The position numbers and the translations under genes are program-made. The notes under the pieces were generated by a model. That model was not told the origin of the DNA and did not search any database. It saw only the letters and a program-made list of their open reading frames with translations. From Halobacteriaceae archaeon (GTDB taxonomy: Archaea; Halobacteriota; Halobacteria; Halobacteriales; Halobacteriaceae): DNA of 64,000 nt. This document shows positions 8,389-19,808 of this stretch, one piece after another. How positions within the stretch are numbered: position 1 is the first letter of the stretch; each line of letters starts with the position of its first letter. The stretch spans positions 61,477-125,476 of the forward strand of contig JBDGTS010000003.1 in the NCBI GenBank assembly GCA_042216675.1, in the 5' to 3' direction.

Positions 8389-10281
8389 TTAGTCACCCGT
8401 CGCGGGTTCGAGTCGAGTTTGGGTGTTCGGCGATTCGGTGCCGCCGTTGACCTGCACCTCGAAGCCCTCGACGACCTCTTCGGGCTCGAAGGGGTTGCCG
8501 TTGTACTTCAGGAGGCTGGTCATCTTGTCGGCGTAGTCGCCGAGGTTCTTCTGGACGTGACCGCGGAACTGGCCCGTGGAGTTCATCTCCACGACCAGCG
8601 CCTCCTCGACGCCGTCGAGGAACGCGGCCACTTCGTCGGACGGGAACGGCATCATGTCGCTCACGGAGAGCGCCTTCACGGACTCGCCGTCCTCGTTGAG
8701 GCGCTCGACGGCCTCCCGAACGGTGCCTTGAGAACTGCCCCACGTCAGGATGCCGTACTCGGCGTCCTCGGGGCCCCAGCGGGTCTGCTGACTCTCCGCT
8801 TCGTCCAGCATCTCGCGCACGCTGTCGAGCTTGCTGTTCCGGCGGTCCACCTGCGCGACCCGGTTGGCGGGGTCCTCGCTGATGTGGCCGGAGGGGTTGT
8901 GCTCGTTCCCGGTGGCGAGATAGTGGCCGCCCTTCTGGCCGGGCACGGAGCGCGGACTGACGCCGTCCTCGGCGTCGTGCTGGAAGCGCTCGAACTTGCC
9001 CGAGGGGTGGTGGGGCTGGTCCTCGAGTTCCGCCTCGGTGAGTGTCTTGCCCATGTCCGGGTTCGGCTCCCGGTCGAAGAAGCTCGCGGGGACGTTGCGG
9101 TACTCCCCGGAGAGCTTCTGGTCGTAGATGATGATGGCGGGCATCTGGTACTCGTAGGCCGCGCGGAACGCCATCCGCGTCTGCTCGTAGCACTCCTTGA
9201 CGTTGCCGGGCGCGAACACGACGCGGTTCGAGTCGCCCTGACTCGTGGAGAGGACGAACTCGAGGTCGGCCTGTTCGGGCTTGGTCGGCATCCCCGTCGA
9301 GGGGCCAGCGCGCATGGATTCGAGCAGGACGACCGGCGTCTCGGTCATCTCCGCGAGGCCCAGGGGCTCGGACATCAGCGCGAAGCCACCGCCGGAGGAC
9401 CCGGACATCGCCTTCACGCCTGCGTGGGACGCGCCAAGCGCCATCGCGGCGGCGGCGATTTCGTCCTCCACCTGCTCGTGGATGCCCCCGACTTCGGGCA
9501 TCAGGTTCGTCATGATGGTGAACGCGTCCGTCCACGGCGTCATGGGGTAGCCCGCGATGAAGCGACAGCCCTCGTCCAGCGCCCCGTAGGCGATGGCGTG
9601 ACTGCCGCCGAGGAGGACCTGCTCCTCGTCGTGGGATCCTTCGGGGACCGTGAGGTCGTGGGTGTGGTCGAACTCCTCGTTGACCTGCTGGTAGGCGTCT
9701 TCGAGGACGTCGAGGTTCTGTTCGAGCACCTCGCCGCTCATCGCCTCGGCCATCAGGTCCTCGATGTGGTCGAGGTCGAAGTCGACGAGGGCGGCCGTCG
9801 CGCCGACGCCGGCCGTGTTCCGCATGATCTCGCGGCCGTGTTCGCGGGCGAGGTCACGGAGGTTGATGGGGTAGACGTGCCAGTTGTTCTCCTCGACCCG
9901 TTCGTCGAAGTTCTCGACCTCCTCGATGTCGATGAGGCCCTCGTCGTAGATGATGACGCCGCCCTCGCGGAGTTCGTCGAGGTTCTCCGTGAGGGGCTTG
10001 AGCTCTTCGTTCCCGTAGTAGGCGTGGTCGGATTCGTTCCGGGCGAAACTGTCCCCCAGCGCGAGCAACATGTTGTAGCCGTCGCCACGGGACGTGACTT
10101 CCTCCGGTGCCGCGCGGATTTCGACGTACGTGTGGCCGCCGCGGATCCGCGAGGGGTAGTGCCGGTGAGTGAAGACGTCCAGCCCCGACCGCATCAGCGC
10201 TGTCGCGAAGTTCTGGCTCGTCGAGTCGATTCCGTCGCCGGAACCGCCCGCGATTCGCCAGACGAGTTCGTCGTCGGTCAT
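8389..10281 (-). CDS. porA: pyruvate:ferredoxin oxidoreductase alpha subunit
   Basis: WRIAGGSGDGIDST, YPMTP and RAGPSTGMPT motifs. Confidence 0.9.
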   Translation of the reverse strand: MTDDELVWRIAGGSGDGIDSTSQNFATALMRSGLDVFTHRHYPSRIRGGHTYVEIRAAPEEVTSRGDGYNMLLALGDSFARNESDHAYYGNEELKPLTENLDELREGGVIIYDEGLIDIEEVENFDERVEENNWHVYPINLRDLAREHGREIMRNTAGVGATAALVDFDLDHIEDLMAEAMSGEVLEQNLDVLEDAYQQVNEEFDHTHDLTVPEGSHDEEQVLLGGSHAIAYGALDEGCRFIAGYPMTPWTDAFTIMTNLMPEVGGIHEQVEDEIAAAAMALGASHAGVKAMSGSSGGGFALMSEPLGLAEMTETPVVLLESMRAGPSTGMPTKPEQADLEFVLSTSQGDSNRVVFAPGNVKECYEQTRMAFRAAYEYQMPAIIIYDQKLSGEYRNVPASFFDREPNPDMGKTLTEAELEDQPHHPSGKFERFQHDAEDGVSPRSVPGQKGGHYLATGNEHNPSGHISEDPANRVAQVDRRNSKLDSVREMLDEAESQQTRWGPEDAEYGILTWGSSQGTVREAVERLNEDGESVKALSVSDMMPFPSDEVAAFLDGVEEALVVEMNSTGQFRGHVQKNLGDYADKMTSLLKYNGNPFEPEEVVEGFEVQVNGGTESPNTQTRLEPATGD

Positions 10282-10431
10282 AGTTGGATACTGGCCCGTG
10301 CCGGGCCGCTACTGTGACCTTGAAACTCCGGGGCTAAAACCGTTTGCCATCCATTAACAGGGAACAATAATGAAGTTTCCGCCCGGCCGTGACAACGTTT
10401 ATGCGCGCCGAAATCGTCACAATTAACGAAT

Positions 10432-11226
10432 ATGTCACGGGCACTCGGCGGCGCGCTCGGGCGGCTGAAGGACCCGGCGTACACGGGGCCGAATCGGTGT
10501 CTCCCCTGCACCGCGGTCAATCTCGTCATCGCCCTCGCTCTCGGGGCGGCGGTGGCGGTGTGGTGGCTCCCCGCGGGCGCGGGCGTGCTCGCCATCTCGG
10601 CGCTGGCAATCTACTTCCGGGGCTACCTCGTCCCGGGCACGCCGACGCTGACGAAGCGCTATCTCCCCCGTCGCGTCCTCTCGTGGTTCGGCAAAGCACC
10701 CGCGGAGGGGCCCGCCGAGACGGACGCCGACGTCGACGTGGGACGCCACCTCCTCTCGGCGGGCCTCCTCCGCGACGGCGGCGACGACCTGTATCTCACC
10801 GACGCCGCCCGCGACCAGTGGTGGGGTCGGATCGAGACGATTCGGGACCGAGACGTGGAACCTGAGGACGTGGCGCGGGTGCTGACGGAGGACGTGGACC
10901 TCGACTTGCAGTCGCACGGCTCGGCATGGGTCGCCACCGCGAACGGCCGCCCAGTGGGTCGGTGGGAGTCGCGCGCGGCCCTCCTCGCGGACGTGGCCGG
11001 CGCGGAGTTGCTCGCCGACCACCTGCCAGCGTGGGAGACTGCGAACCCCGCGGTCCGCGGGGAGTTCCTCGGTGGCCTGCGCCTCTTCCTCGAACGGTGC
11101 CCGTCGTGCGACGGCACTGTGTCGCTGGGCACCGAGACGGTGGAATCCTGCTGTGCAGAACGGGAGGTCGTGGCCGTCACCTGCGACGACTGCGGGGCGC
11201 GCCTCCTCGAAACCGACGCGCCCTAG
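10432..11226 (+). CDS. conserved haloarchaeal membrane protein with Cys motifs
   Basis: YTGPNRCLPCT, two TM helices, C-terminal CPSC...CC...CDDC. Confidence 0.75.
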   Translation: MSRALGGALGRLKDPAYTGPNRCLPCTAVNLVIALALGAAVAVWWLPAGAGVLAISALAIYFRGYLVPGTPTLTKRYLPRRVLSWFGKAPAEGPAETDADVDVGRHLLSAGLLRDGGDDLYLTDAARDQWWGRIETIRDRDVEPEDVARVLTEDVDLDLQSHGSAWVATANGRPVGRWESRAALLADVAGAELLADHLPAWETANPAVRGEFLGGLRLFLERCPSCDGTVSLGTETVESCCAEREVVAVTCDDCGARLLETDAP

Positions 11227-12251
11227 CGCCGCGCGCGGCGGTTGAGGACGCCGACGTTGTTCGCGACGCGACCGGTCAGGTCCGTGAACGCCTCGGCGGT
11301 GGAGCCCTCGCCCATCACGATCGGCTCGCCGCCCTCGGCCCCGGTCCGAATCTCGGGGTCGAGTGGAATGGAGCCGAGGAACGGCATCTCCACGTCCTCG
11401 GCGAACTGCTCGCCGCCGCCCTCGCCGAAGATGTTGTGCTCGGAGCCACAGTCCGGGCAGTGGAACGACCCCATGTTCTCGGCGATTCCGAGGACGGGCG
11501 TGTCGTGGCGGCCGAACATCTCCAGTCCCTTCCGGGCGTCGTCGACGGCCACCTCTTCGGGCGTCGTGACGACGACGGCGCCGGTGAGCGGCACCGTCTG
11601 GAGCATCGTCAGTTGGGTGTCGCCCGTGCCCGGCGGTAGGTCCACGATCATGTAGTCGAGTTCGCCCCACTCCACGTCCTCGACGAGTTGGGTGATGATG
11701 CTGTGGACCATCGGCCCCCGCCAGATGACGGGGTCGTCCTCGCCGACGAGGAAGGCCATGCTCATCAGTTTCATCCCGTAGCGCTCGGGCGGGATGATGG
11801 TCTCGTCCTCGGTGGCGCTGGGGTGCTCGTCGGCGTCCACCATCCGCGGGACGTTCGGCCCGTAGATGTCGGCGTCGAAGAGGCCGACGCGCGCGCCACG
11901 GTCGGCGAGGCCGGCCGCGAGGTTCACCGCGACCGTCGACTTCCCGACGCCGCCCTTGCCGGATGCGACGGCGATGATGTTCTGCACGCCCGGGAGAACG
12001 CCCTCGCCGCTCCGGCCGGTGTCGAGGTCCGCCGAGAGGTCGGGTTCGAGGCCCGCCTCACGGAGCACTTCGCGCACGCGGCCCGCGATGTGGGACTCGT
12101 TCGGCGCGTACGGCGCTCCAAGCGCCAACGTGACGTGCGCCGTATCGCCCTCGACACTGATGTCCGTCACGAGGTTGCCGGTCACGATGTCGCCGCCGAG
12201 GTCCGGGTCCTCCACCTCGGCGAGGAGGTCGCGCACGTCGTCTTCGTTCAT
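11223..12251 (-). CDS. mrp: Mrp/ApbC/NBP35 Fe-S carrier ATPase
   Basis: SGKGGVGKS, DADIYGP, DLPPGTGD, CPDC. Confidence 0.93.
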   Translation of the reverse strand: MNEDDVRDLLAEVEDPDLGGDIVTGNLVTDISVEGDTAHVTLALGAPYAPNESHIAGRVREVLREAGLEPDLSADLDTGRSGEGVLPGVQNIIAVASGKGGVGKSTVAVNLAAGLADRGARVGLFDADIYGPNVPRMVDADEHPSATEDETIIPPERYGMKLMSMAFLVGEDDPVIWRGPMVHSIITQLVEDVEWGELDYMIVDLPPGTGDTQLTMLQTVPLTGAVVVTTPEEVAVDDARKGLEMFGRHDTPVLGIAENMGSFHCPDCGSEHNIFGEGGGEQFAEDVEMPFLGSIPLDPEIRTGAEGGEPIVMGEGSTAEAFTDLTGRVANNVGVLNRRARR

Positions 12252-12328
12252 GGCATCCGGTAGGGCTTCTCGCGGCGATAAGGGTTGTGCAAGCGAACGT
12301 TTATGTCGTGATTGGGCGAGAAGCCGTC

Positions 12329-13654
12329 ATGCCGGACCGTCCGAACATCGTCCTCGTCCACAGCCACGACCTCGGCCGCCGCCTCGGCTGTTACGGCGTG
12401 GACGTAGCGACGCCGAACGTCGACGCGATTGCAGACGACGGCCTGCGCTTCGACCAGTTCACCTGCACCGCGCCCCAGTGTTCGCCGTCGCGCGGGAGCC
12501 TCCACACAGGCCGGTATCCCCACAACAACGGCCTGATGGGACTGACCCACCGGGGGTGGAGCCTCGACGACGTGCCCACACTCGCCGCGACGCTGAGCGA
12601 CGCCGGCTACGACACGCACACGTTCGGCGTTCAGCACATCGCCGAGGACGACGCCGACGCCGGCTACGACTACTCGCACCGCGGCGGGACCGCTCTCGAC
12701 GCCGCGGAGTGCTTCGAGGCGGAACTGCCCGAGATGGCGGCCGACGGCCCGTTCTTCGCGTCGGTCGGCTTCGTCGAACCGCACCTCCCCTTCCGGGTCG
12801 ATCACGTCGAGGACGCGGCGTACGACCGCTACCACCCCGAGAACGTCGACGCGCCGCCGTATCTCCCCGACGAGTACGGTGTGAAACGGGACGTGGCGGA
12901 GATGCACGCGCTGATTTCCGAGACGGTGGACCCAGCTGTGGGACACGTTCGGGATGCACTCGACGACGCCGGCCTCGCCGAGGAGACGCTGTTCGTCTTC
13001 ACGACCGACCACGGCCCGCCGCTCCCGCGCGCGAAGGGGATGTGCTACACCGCCGGCGTCGGCGTGGCGTTCATCGCCCACTGGCCCGGCGTGGTGGAAT
13101 CGGGTGTGGACGACCACCTGCTGAGCAACGTCGACGTGATGCCGACGTTCCTCGACGTCGCCGGCGTCGACAAGCCGCCCGAGATGGACGGGCGAACGTT
13201 CGCCCCGTTGCTGACCGGTGAGGGGACGTACGACCCCCGCGAACAGGTGTTCGTCGAGATGACGTGGCACGACCGCTACAACCCGATTCGAGGGATTCGG
13301 ACCGAGGAGTACACGTATCTGCGGAACTTCTCGATGCTCCCGCGGGTGTTCATCCCCCGCGACATGATCGACCAGCGCGCCGCACGTCCCGTGCGGGGCG
13401 AGTGGTACGACCGGGACCGACCCGCCGAGGAGTTCTACGACAGACGCGAGGACCCTCACGAACTCGAGAATCTCGCCGCGGAGGCTATGGTGTCGCGCTC
13501 GGCGCCGGCCGACTGGGACGTGCCGGACCCGCCGACTGACCTCGGCCCCGACCGCTACGCGGCGCTCCACGAGTTCAGAGAGCGCCTCCGTGAGTGGATG
13601 AGGGCGACGGACGACCCCCTCCTCGACGGCCCCGTCGGCATCCCCGGTCGGTAG
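12329..13654 (+). CDS. sulfatase (Cys-type, sulfamidase-like)
   Basis: RPNIVLVHSHDLG, CSPSR, TTDHG, FYDRREDPHELENL; start ATG 12329. Confidence 0.9.
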   Translation: MPDRPNIVLVHSHDLGRRLGCYGVDVATPNVDAIADDGLRFDQFTCTAPQCSPSRGSLHTGRYPHNNGLMGLTHRGWSLDDVPTLAATLSDAGYDTHTFGVQHIAEDDADAGYDYSHRGGTALDAAECFEAELPEMAADGPFFASVGFVEPHLPFRVDHVEDAAYDRYHPENVDAPPYLPDEYGVKRDVAEMHALISETVDPAVGHVRDALDDAGLAEETLFVFTTDHGPPLPRAKGMCYTAGVGVAFIAHWPGVVESGVDDHLLSNVDVMPTFLDVAGVDKPPEMDGRTFAPLLTGEGTYDPREQVFVEMTWHDRYNPIRGIRTEEYTYLRNFSMLPRVFIPRDMIDQRAARPVRGEWYDRDRPAEEFYDRREDPHELENLAAEAMVSRSAPADWDVPDPPTDLGPDRYAALHEFRERLREWMRATDDPLLDGPVGIPGR

Positions 13655-13773
13655 CCGGTTTTCCGCCCTCGGCGATTCGTTGGGTTTATCAGGTGGCGAG
13701 AGGTACCTAAACTCGCAAGCCTGTAGGGGCGTCTGCCCCGAGTCCGAGAGGGCGACGATACAAACCACAGCGC

Positions 13774-13857
13774 GTCGTGGTAGCCTAGCCTGGCCCAAGG
13801 CGCAGGGTTGCTAACTCTGTGGCGTAAGCCTCCGGGGTTCGAATCCCCGCCACGACG
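13774..13857 (+). tRNA. tRNA-Ser(GCT)
   Basis: acceptor GTCGTGG/CCACGAC, anticodon arm CAGGG-TTGCTAA-CTCTG, long variable arm, GGTTCGAATCC. Confidence 0.95.
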
Positions 13858-13876
13858 TCCGACAAGCAAGCACACT

Positions 13877-14389
13877 ATGAGTTCGGAGCAACCAGCGGAC
13901 GAAACAGAAGAGGACGAGATTCAGTACTTCGTCCGGATCGGACAGACCGATCTCGACGGCACGAAGTCTGTAGAGCGTGCTCTCACCGGGATGAATGGAA
14001 TCGGCCGCCGAGCGGCCCGCATCGTCGCCGAAGAGGCGAACGTCGAACGCGGGGAGACGATGGGTCTCCTCGAGGACGACGAGATCGAACGCGTCGTCGA
14101 CGCCGTCCAGAACTTCGAGGAACTCGTCCCCGACTGGATGGCGAACCGCCGGAACGACTTCTTCACCGGCGAGACGACGCACGAGGTCGGGAACGACCTC
14201 TCGCTGACCCGCCAGCAGGACATCAACCGGATGCAGATGATCCGGTCCTACAAGGGCGTCCGCCACGAGCGCGGACAGAAGGTGCGCGGACAGCGCACGA
14301 AGTCCACGGGTCGCACGGAAGGCACCATCGGCGTCAACGTCGAGGCCATCCAAGAAGAGATGGAAGAAGGCGGCGAGGGTGAGGAATAA
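13877..14389 (+). CDS. rps13: 30S ribosomal protein S13
   Basis: [30 protein letters not shown]. Confidence 0.96.
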   Translation: MSSEQPADETEEDEIQYFVRIGQTDLDGTKSVERALTGMNGIGRRAARIVAEEANVERGETMGLLEDDEIERVVDAVQNFEELVPDWMANRRNDFFTGETTHEVGNDLSLTRQQDINRMQMIRSYKGVRHERGQKVRGQRTKSTGRTEGTIGVNVEAIQEEMEEGGEGEE

Positions 14390-14901
14390 TGGCACTCGGA
14401 GACAACACCAAGCTGTACGAGACGCCCAACCATCCGTATCAGGGCGAGCGTATCAGCGAGGAACACGGCCTCGTGGGCCGCTACGGCCTCAAGAACAAAC
14501 AGGAACTGTGGCGCGAGCAGTCCCAGCTCCGGAACTACCGCCGCGAGGCGCGACGCCTCCTCGGTCGCACGGACTCTGACGGGTCCGAGACCGAGGAGTT
14601 CGTCGCCCGCCTCCAGCGACTCGGCATTCTCTCGGAGAACGCCGGGGTCGACACCGTCCTGTCGCTGGACGTGACCGACCTGCTGGAGCGCCGCCTCCAG
14701 ACCATCGTGTACCGGCAGGGGCTCGCCCACACGCCCGAACAGGCTCGTCAGTTCCTCTCCCACGGCCACGTCACCGTCGACGGGAGCCGGGTGCAGGAGC
14801 CGTCCTACCGCGTCGAAGTCGCGGAGGAGGACGACATCGAGTTCGACGAGACGAGCCCGTTCGCCGACGAACTCCACCCCGAACGAGCGGAGGAGCAATA
14901 A
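14389..14901 (+). CDS. rps4: 30S ribosomal protein S4
   Basis: [28 protein letters not shown]. Confidence 0.96.
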   Translation: MALGDNTKLYETPNHPYQGERISEEHGLVGRYGLKNKQELWREQSQLRNYRREARRLLGRTDSDGSETEEFVARLQRLGILSENAGVDTVLSLDVTDLLERRLQTIVYRQGLAHTPEQARQFLSHGHVTVDGSRVQEPSYRVEVAEEDDIEFDETSPFADELHPERAEEQ

Positions 14902-14902
14902 C

Positions 14903-15292
14903 ATGAGTAGCAACGACGACTCCATCTGGGGCATCGCGCACATCCACGCCTCGTTCAACAACACCATCATGACCGTCACGGACCTCACGGGCGCCGAAAC
15001 GCTCGCGAAGTCCTCCGGCGGGGCAGTGGTGAAGCAGAACCGCGACGAGGCGTCGCAGTACGCCGCCATGCAGATGGCCGAGCAGATGGCCGAGACGCTC
15101 CACGAGCAGGACATCGAGGGCCTGCACGTCCGCGTCCGCGGCCCCGGCGGCAACCGCCAGCGCAACCCCGGCCCGGGCGCGCAGGCGGCCATCCGGGCGC
15201 TCGCCCGTGCGGGCATCGAAATCGGTCGCATCGAAGACGTGACCCCCGTCCCGCACGACGGCACCCGCGCCCCGAAGAACAGCGGATACTGA
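14903..15292 (+). CDS. rps11: 30S ribosomal protein S11
   Basis: [18 protein letters not shown]. Confidence 0.97.
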   Translation: MSSNDDSIWGIAHIHASFNNTIMTVTDLTGAETLAKSSGGAVVKQNRDEASQYAAMQMAEQMAETLHEQDIEGLHVRVRGPGGNRQRNPGPGAQAAIRALARAGIEIGRIEDVTPVPHDGTRAPKNSGY

Positions 15293-15293
15293 C

Positions 15294-16040
15294 ATGAGCG
15301 ACACCGACTTCGACGTCGAGTTCATCGAACGCGACGGCGACAGCGCCCGGTTCCTCGTTCGGGACATCACGCCGGCGCTGGCGAACGGCATCCGCCGCGC
15401 CATCGTCGCCGACGTGCCGACGGCGACCATCGACACCGTCCGGTTCGTCGAGAACTCCAGCGTGATGTTCGACGAGCAGTTGGCGCTCCGACTGGGCCTC
15501 GTGCCCCTCACGACGCCGGACGACCTCACCGAGGAGACGACGGTGACCCTCGCACTCGACGTGGAGGGGCCCGAGACGGCCTACTCGGGCGACTTGGTCA
15601 GCGAGGACCCCCACGTCGAACCCGCGACGGACAACGTTCCGATCATCGACCTGAAGGAGGGCCAGCGCCTCGAAATCGAGGCCGAGGCCGTCCTCGGGCG
15701 CGGCCGTGACCACGCCAAGCATCAGGGCGGTGTCGCGGTCGGCTACCGCCATCTCCAGACCGTCGAGGTCGGCGAGGAACTCGAATCCTTCGAGGACCGC
15801 GACCCCCACATCGTCCGCGGCGTCGTCGAGGACGACGGGGAACTCGTTCCGGCCGAGGAGTTCGACAACGACATCACGAACCGGTATCCCGACCACGAGG
15901 TGACCGTCGAGGACGTGGAAGGCGCCTTCGTCTTCCACGTCGAGTCCGACGGCTCCCTCCCGGTCGACGAACTCGTCGTCGCCGCCGCGGACACCCTGTA
16001 CGACCGCGCGGCGGAACTCGAAGAGGCAGTCAGTCTATGA
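15294..16040 (+). CDS. rpoD: RNA polymerase subunit D (Rpo3)
   Basis: [33 protein letters not shown]. Confidence 0.95.
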   Translation: MSDTDFDVEFIERDGDSARFLVRDITPALANGIRRAIVADVPTATIDTVRFVENSSVMFDEQLALRLGLVPLTTPDDLTEETTVTLALDVEGPETAYSGDLVSEDPHVEPATDNVPIIDLKEGQRLEIEAEAVLGRGRDHAKHQGGVAVGYRHLQTVEVGEELESFEDRDPHIVRGVVEDDGELVPAEEFDNDITNRYPDHEVTVEDVEGAFVFHVESDGSLPVDELVVAAADTLYDRAAELEEAVSL

Positions 16041-16163
16041 CGACGCGCCGCCCCACTACCCACGCCGTCGCACGCCGAACCCTACGGGAAGCGACGGCTA
16101 TCGTAACGGGTATTAAGGGGCGGCCGAAAGGTGGAATCGCAACTCGAACGCCTTCTCGGGCGT

Positions 16164-16248
16164 GCAGGGATAGCCAAGTTTGGTCAAAGGCGCAGCGTTC
16201 AGGGCGCTGTCCCGTAGGGGTTCGCAGGTTCAAATCCTGCTCCCTGCA
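16164..16248 (+). tRNA. tRNA-Leu(CAG)
   Basis: acceptor GCAGGGA/TCCCTGC, anticodon arm CAGCG-TTCAGGG-CGCTG, GGTTCAAATCC. Confidence 0.95.
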
Positions 16249-16269
16249 TCCCACCACAGTACTCCAACA

Positions 16270-16623
16270 ATGAGCAAGACCAGCCCGCGGCTCAGCGGCC
16301 TCGTCGCCGACCTCAAGTCGGCGGCACGCGAGGACGACGCGGACGTCTGGGCGGACATCGCAGACCGCCTTCAGGCGCCCCGCTCCACCCACGCAGAGGT
16401 CAACTTGAGTCGCATCGAGCGGTACGCACGAACTGACGAGACGGTCGTCGTCCCCGGCAAGGTGCTGGGGTCCGGCGTCCTGACCAAGGACGTCTCCGTG
16501 GCCGCGGTTGACTTCTCCTCGACCGCGGAGACGAAGATCGAACAGGCCGACGGCGAAGCGGTCGGCATCGCCGACGTCGTCGAACGAAACCCCGAGGGGA
16601 GCGACGTCCGGGTGATTCGATGA
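16270..16623 (+). CDS. rpl18e: 50S ribosomal protein L18e
   Basis: [20 protein letters not shown]. Confidence 0.95.
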   Translation: MSKTSPRLSGLVADLKSAAREDDADVWADIADRLQAPRSTHAEVNLSRIERYARTDETVVVPGKVLGSGVLTKDVSVAAVDFSSTAETKIEQADGEAVGIADVVERNPEGSDVRVIR

Positions 16624-17057
16624 GCTACGCAGAGTTCGAGGTCGACGCAGTCATCGACGCGACGGACTGCATCGTCGGCCGCGTCGCCAGCAACGTCGCA
16701 CAGCGCGCACTCGACGGCGAGCGAATCGCCGTCGTCAACGCGGAGGACGCGGTCATCACCGGTCGCGAAGAGGACGTCGTCGGGACGTATCGGAAGCGCG
16801 CCAACCTCAGCTCCGACCGCGGTCCGGAGTACCCCGTCCGGCCCGACGGTATTCTGAAGCGCTCGATCCGCGGGATGCTCCCGCACAAGAAACAGCGCGG
16901 TCGCGAGGCGCTCTCGAACGTCCGCGTCTACCTCGGCAATCCCTACGACGAGGACGGCGAGGTCGCAGAGGGCACCTCCCTCGACCGCCTCTCCACGATC
17001 AAGTTCGTCCAGCTGGGCGATCTCAGCGAACAACTGGGGGCCAAAGTCACATGGTAA
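16620..17057 (+). CDS. rpl13: 50S ribosomal protein L13
   Basis: [16 protein letters not shown]. Confidence 0.95.
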   Translation: MSYAEFEVDAVIDATDCIVGRVASNVAQRALDGERIAVVNAEDAVITGREEDVVGTYRKRANLSSDRGPEYPVRPDGILKRSIRGMLPHKKQRGREALSNVRVYLGNPYDEDGEVAEGTSLDRLSTIKFVQLGDLSEQLGAKVTW

Positions 17058-17449
17058 CTAACACATCCGGCAAGAAGAAGACGGCCATCGCTCGCGCGAC
17101 CGTCTCCGAGGGAGAGGGTCGTGTCCGAATCAACTCCCAGCCCGTGGAGCTCGTCGACCCCGAGCTCGCACAGCTGAAGATGCTGGAGCCGTTCCGCATC
17201 GCGCCGTCGGACCTCCGCGACGACGTCGACGTCGACGTCACCGTGGAGGGTGGCGGCGTGATGGGGCAGGCCGACGCGATCCGCACCGCCATCGCTCGCG
17301 GCATCGTGGACCACACCGGCGACGCCGAACTCCGCGACGCGTTCATGGAGTTCGACCGTTCGCTGTTGGTCAACGACGTCCGCCAGTCCGAGTCCAAGCA
17401 CTGGGGCGGTCCGGGCGCTCGCGCCCGCTACCAGAAGTCCTACCGTTGA
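17051..17449 (+). CDS. rps9: 30S ribosomal protein S9
   Basis: [24 protein letters not shown]. Confidence 0.97.
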   Translation: MVTNTSGKKKTAIARATVSEGEGRVRINSQPVELVDPELAQLKMLEPFRIAPSDLRDDVDVDVTVEGGGVMGQADAIRTAIARGIVDHTGDAELRDAFMEFDRSLLVNDVRQSESKHWGGPGARARYQKSYR

Positions 17450-17459
17450 GTCACCACCC

Positions 17460-17651
17460 ATGATGGTTCCAGTCCGGTGTTTCACGTGCGGCAAGGTCGT
17501 GGGCGAGCACTGGGAGCCGTTCCGTGACCGCGTCGAGGCCGGCGAGGACCCGAAGGAGGTCCTCGACGAACTCGGCGTGGACCGGTACTGCTGCCGGCGG
17601 ATGCTCATCTCCCATCAGGACCTGGTCGACGTGGTGTCACCATACCAATGA
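17460..17651 (+). CDS. rpoN: RNA polymerase subunit N (Rpo10)
   Basis: PVRCFTCG...RYCCRRM. Confidence 0.97.
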   Translation: MMVPVRCFTCGKVVGEHWEPFRDRVEAGEDPKEVLDELGVDRYCCRRMLISHQDLVDVVSPYQ

Positions 17652-17815
17652 GCAGGGACAACCGCTACGAGAAGGCACGCATCATCGGGGCGCGAGCCCT
17701 GCAGGTGTCGCACGGAGCGCCGGTGCTGGTCGACACGGACCAGACTGAGCCCATCCTCATCGCGGCCGAGGAGTACGACGCCGGCGTGTTGCCGTTCACG
17801 GTTCGCCGCCAATGA
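17648..17815 (+). CDS. rpoK: RNA polymerase subunit K (Rpo6)
   Basis: Read by hand (not in ORF track): [25 protein letters not shown]...LPFTVRRQ. Confidence 0.95.
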   Translation: MSRDNRYEKARIIGARALQVSHGAPVLVDTDQTEPILIAAEEYDAGVLPFTVRRQ

Positions 17816-19017
17816 CGCGCATCCAGCGCATCCGGCTCCGTGAGGTGCTGGACTCGCGCGGCAATCCGACCGTGGAGGCCGACGTGCTGACCGAGTCGGG
17901 CGGCTTCGGCCGCGCGGCGGCGCCCAGCGGCGCCTCCACCGGCGAACACGAGGCGATCGAACTCCCCGCAGCCGACGCAATCGCGGCGGCACGGGAGAAC
18001 GCGGTGCCCCGCCTCGTCGAGACGGCGTTCGCGGGCGACCAGCGCGAAGTCGACCGACTGCTCCGTCGCGCGGACGGCACGGACGACTTCTCGACCATCG
18101 GCGCCAACAGCGCCGTCGCCATCTCGATGGCCGCCGCCAAGGCCGCCGCCGACGTGCTGGGTGCGCCGCTGTACCAGCATCTCGGCGGCGCGTTCCGCGG
18201 CGAGAACTTCCCGATTCCGCTGGGGAACGTCGTGGGCGGCGGCGAACACGCCGCCGACGCGACCCACATTCAGGAGTTCCTCGCGGCGCCCGTCGGCGCT
18301 CCGAGCGTTCGGGAGGCCGTCTTCACGAACGCACGCGTCCACGACGAAGTCGCAATCCTGCTGGACGAGATGGGCGTCCCCGCGGCGAAGGGGGACGAGG
18401 GCGCGTGGGCGCCCGCCATCGACGACGAGCAGGCGTTCGAAGTCGTCGCCGAGGCCGTCGAGACTGTCTCGGACGAAGTCGGCTTCGACGTCCGCTTCGG
18501 CCTCGACGTGGCCGCCGCGGAGCTGTACGACGCGGACGCGGGCGTCTATCGCTACGGCGAGACGGAGCGGACGCCCGAGGAGCAGGTCGACTACGTCGCG
18601 GGCCTCGTCGAGGAGTACGGCCTCGCGTACGTCGAGGACCCCCTCGACGAGAACGACTTCGAGGGCTTCGCGGACCTGACCAACCGGGTCGGCGACCGGA
18701 CCCTCATCTGTGGCGACGACCTGTTCGTCACCAACGTGGAACGGCTGGAGCGCGGCATCGACGCGGGCGCCGCGAACAGCATCCTCGTCAAACCCAACCA
18801 GATTGGAACTCTCTCGGACGCCTTCGACGCCGTGGAGACGGCGACCCGGGCGGGCTACGACGCCGTCATCTCCCACCGGAGCGGAGAGACGGAGGACGCC
18901 ACCATCGCACACCTCGCCGTGGCGACCGACGCCCCGTTCATCAAGACGGGCGCCGTCGGGGGCGAGCGAACGGCGAAACTGAACGAACTCATCCGAATCG
19001 AAGACAACGCGCTATGA
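17812..19017 (+). CDS. eno: enolase
   Basis: [31 protein letters not shown]. Confidence 0.97.
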   Translation: MTRIQRIRLREVLDSRGNPTVEADVLTESGGFGRAAAPSGASTGEHEAIELPAADAIAAARENAVPRLVETAFAGDQREVDRLLRRADGTDDFSTIGANSAVAISMAAAKAAADVLGAPLYQHLGGAFRGENFPIPLGNVVGGGEHAADATHIQEFLAAPVGAPSVREAVFTNARVHDEVAILLDEMGVPAAKGDEGAWAPAIDDEQAFEVVAEAVETVSDEVGFDVRFGLDVAAAELYDADAGVYRYGETERTPEEQVDYVAGLVEEYGLAYVEDPLDENDFEGFADLTNRVGDRTLICGDDLFVTNVERLERGIDAGAANSILVKPNQIGTLSDAFDAVETATRAGYDAVISHRSGETEDATIAHLAVATDAPFIKTGAVGGERTAKLNELIRIEDNAL

Positions 19018-19739
19018 GCGGAAACGAAACCGACATCGAAGCAGACGAAGAAGAACTCGACGCCGCGGCGGGCGACGCGACACCGGACGCCGGTGACGCC
19101 GAGGCCGAGGCGGACGTCGAAGAGCCAACCCTCGACGAGGACGTGATGGGCCGGGAGGAGGCAGACCTGCTCATCCCCGTCGAGGACTACCTCGGCGCCG
19201 GGGTCCACATCGGGACCCAGCAGAAGACCGAGGACATGGAGCGGTTCATCCACCGCGTCCGCACGGACGGCCTGTACGTGCTGGACGTGGCGAAGACGGA
19301 CGACCGCATCCGCACGGCCGCGGACTTCCTCGCGAACTACCAGCCGGACCAGATTCTGGTCACCAGTTCGCGCCAGTACGGCCGCTTCCCGGCGGAGAAG
19401 TTCGCCGAGGCCGTGGGCGCTCGCGCCCGCACTGGCCGCTTCATCCCGGGCACGCTGACCAACCCGAAGTACGACGGGTACATCGAACCGGACGTGCTGG
19501 TCGTCACGGACCCCATCGGCGACTCGCAGGCTGTCAAGGAGGCCATCACGGTCGGTATCCCGGTCATCGCGATGTGCGACTCCAACAACTCCACGTCGAA
19601 CGTGGACCTCGTCGTCCCGACGAACAACAAGGGGCGACGCGCGCTGGCAGTCGTCTACTGGCTGCTGGCCAACGAGACGCTGGACCGGCGCGGCGCCGAC
19701 ACCGTGTTCAGCCTCGACGACTTCGAATCCGGCATCTGA
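19014..19739 (+). CDS. rps2: 30S ribosomal protein S2
   Basis: [25 protein letters not shown]; start ATG 19014. Confidence 0.96.
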   Translation: MSGNETDIEADEEELDAAAGDATPDAGDAEAEADVEEPTLDEDVMGREEADLLIPVEDYLGAGVHIGTQQKTEDMERFIHRVRTDGLYVLDVAKTDDRIRTAADFLANYQPDQILVTSSRQYGRFPAEKFAEAVGARARTGRFIPGTLTNPKYDGYIEPDVLVVTDPIGDSQAVKEAITVGIPVIAMCDSNNSTSNVDLVVPTNNKGRRALAVVYWLLANETLDRRGADTVFSLDDFESGI

Positions 19740-19808
19740 ACGGCTGACTGTTTTCGCGGTTCGCACGCGGTGCGGAACGTTTCTTAGGGACGGGTGACAG
19801 AGGTCGGT

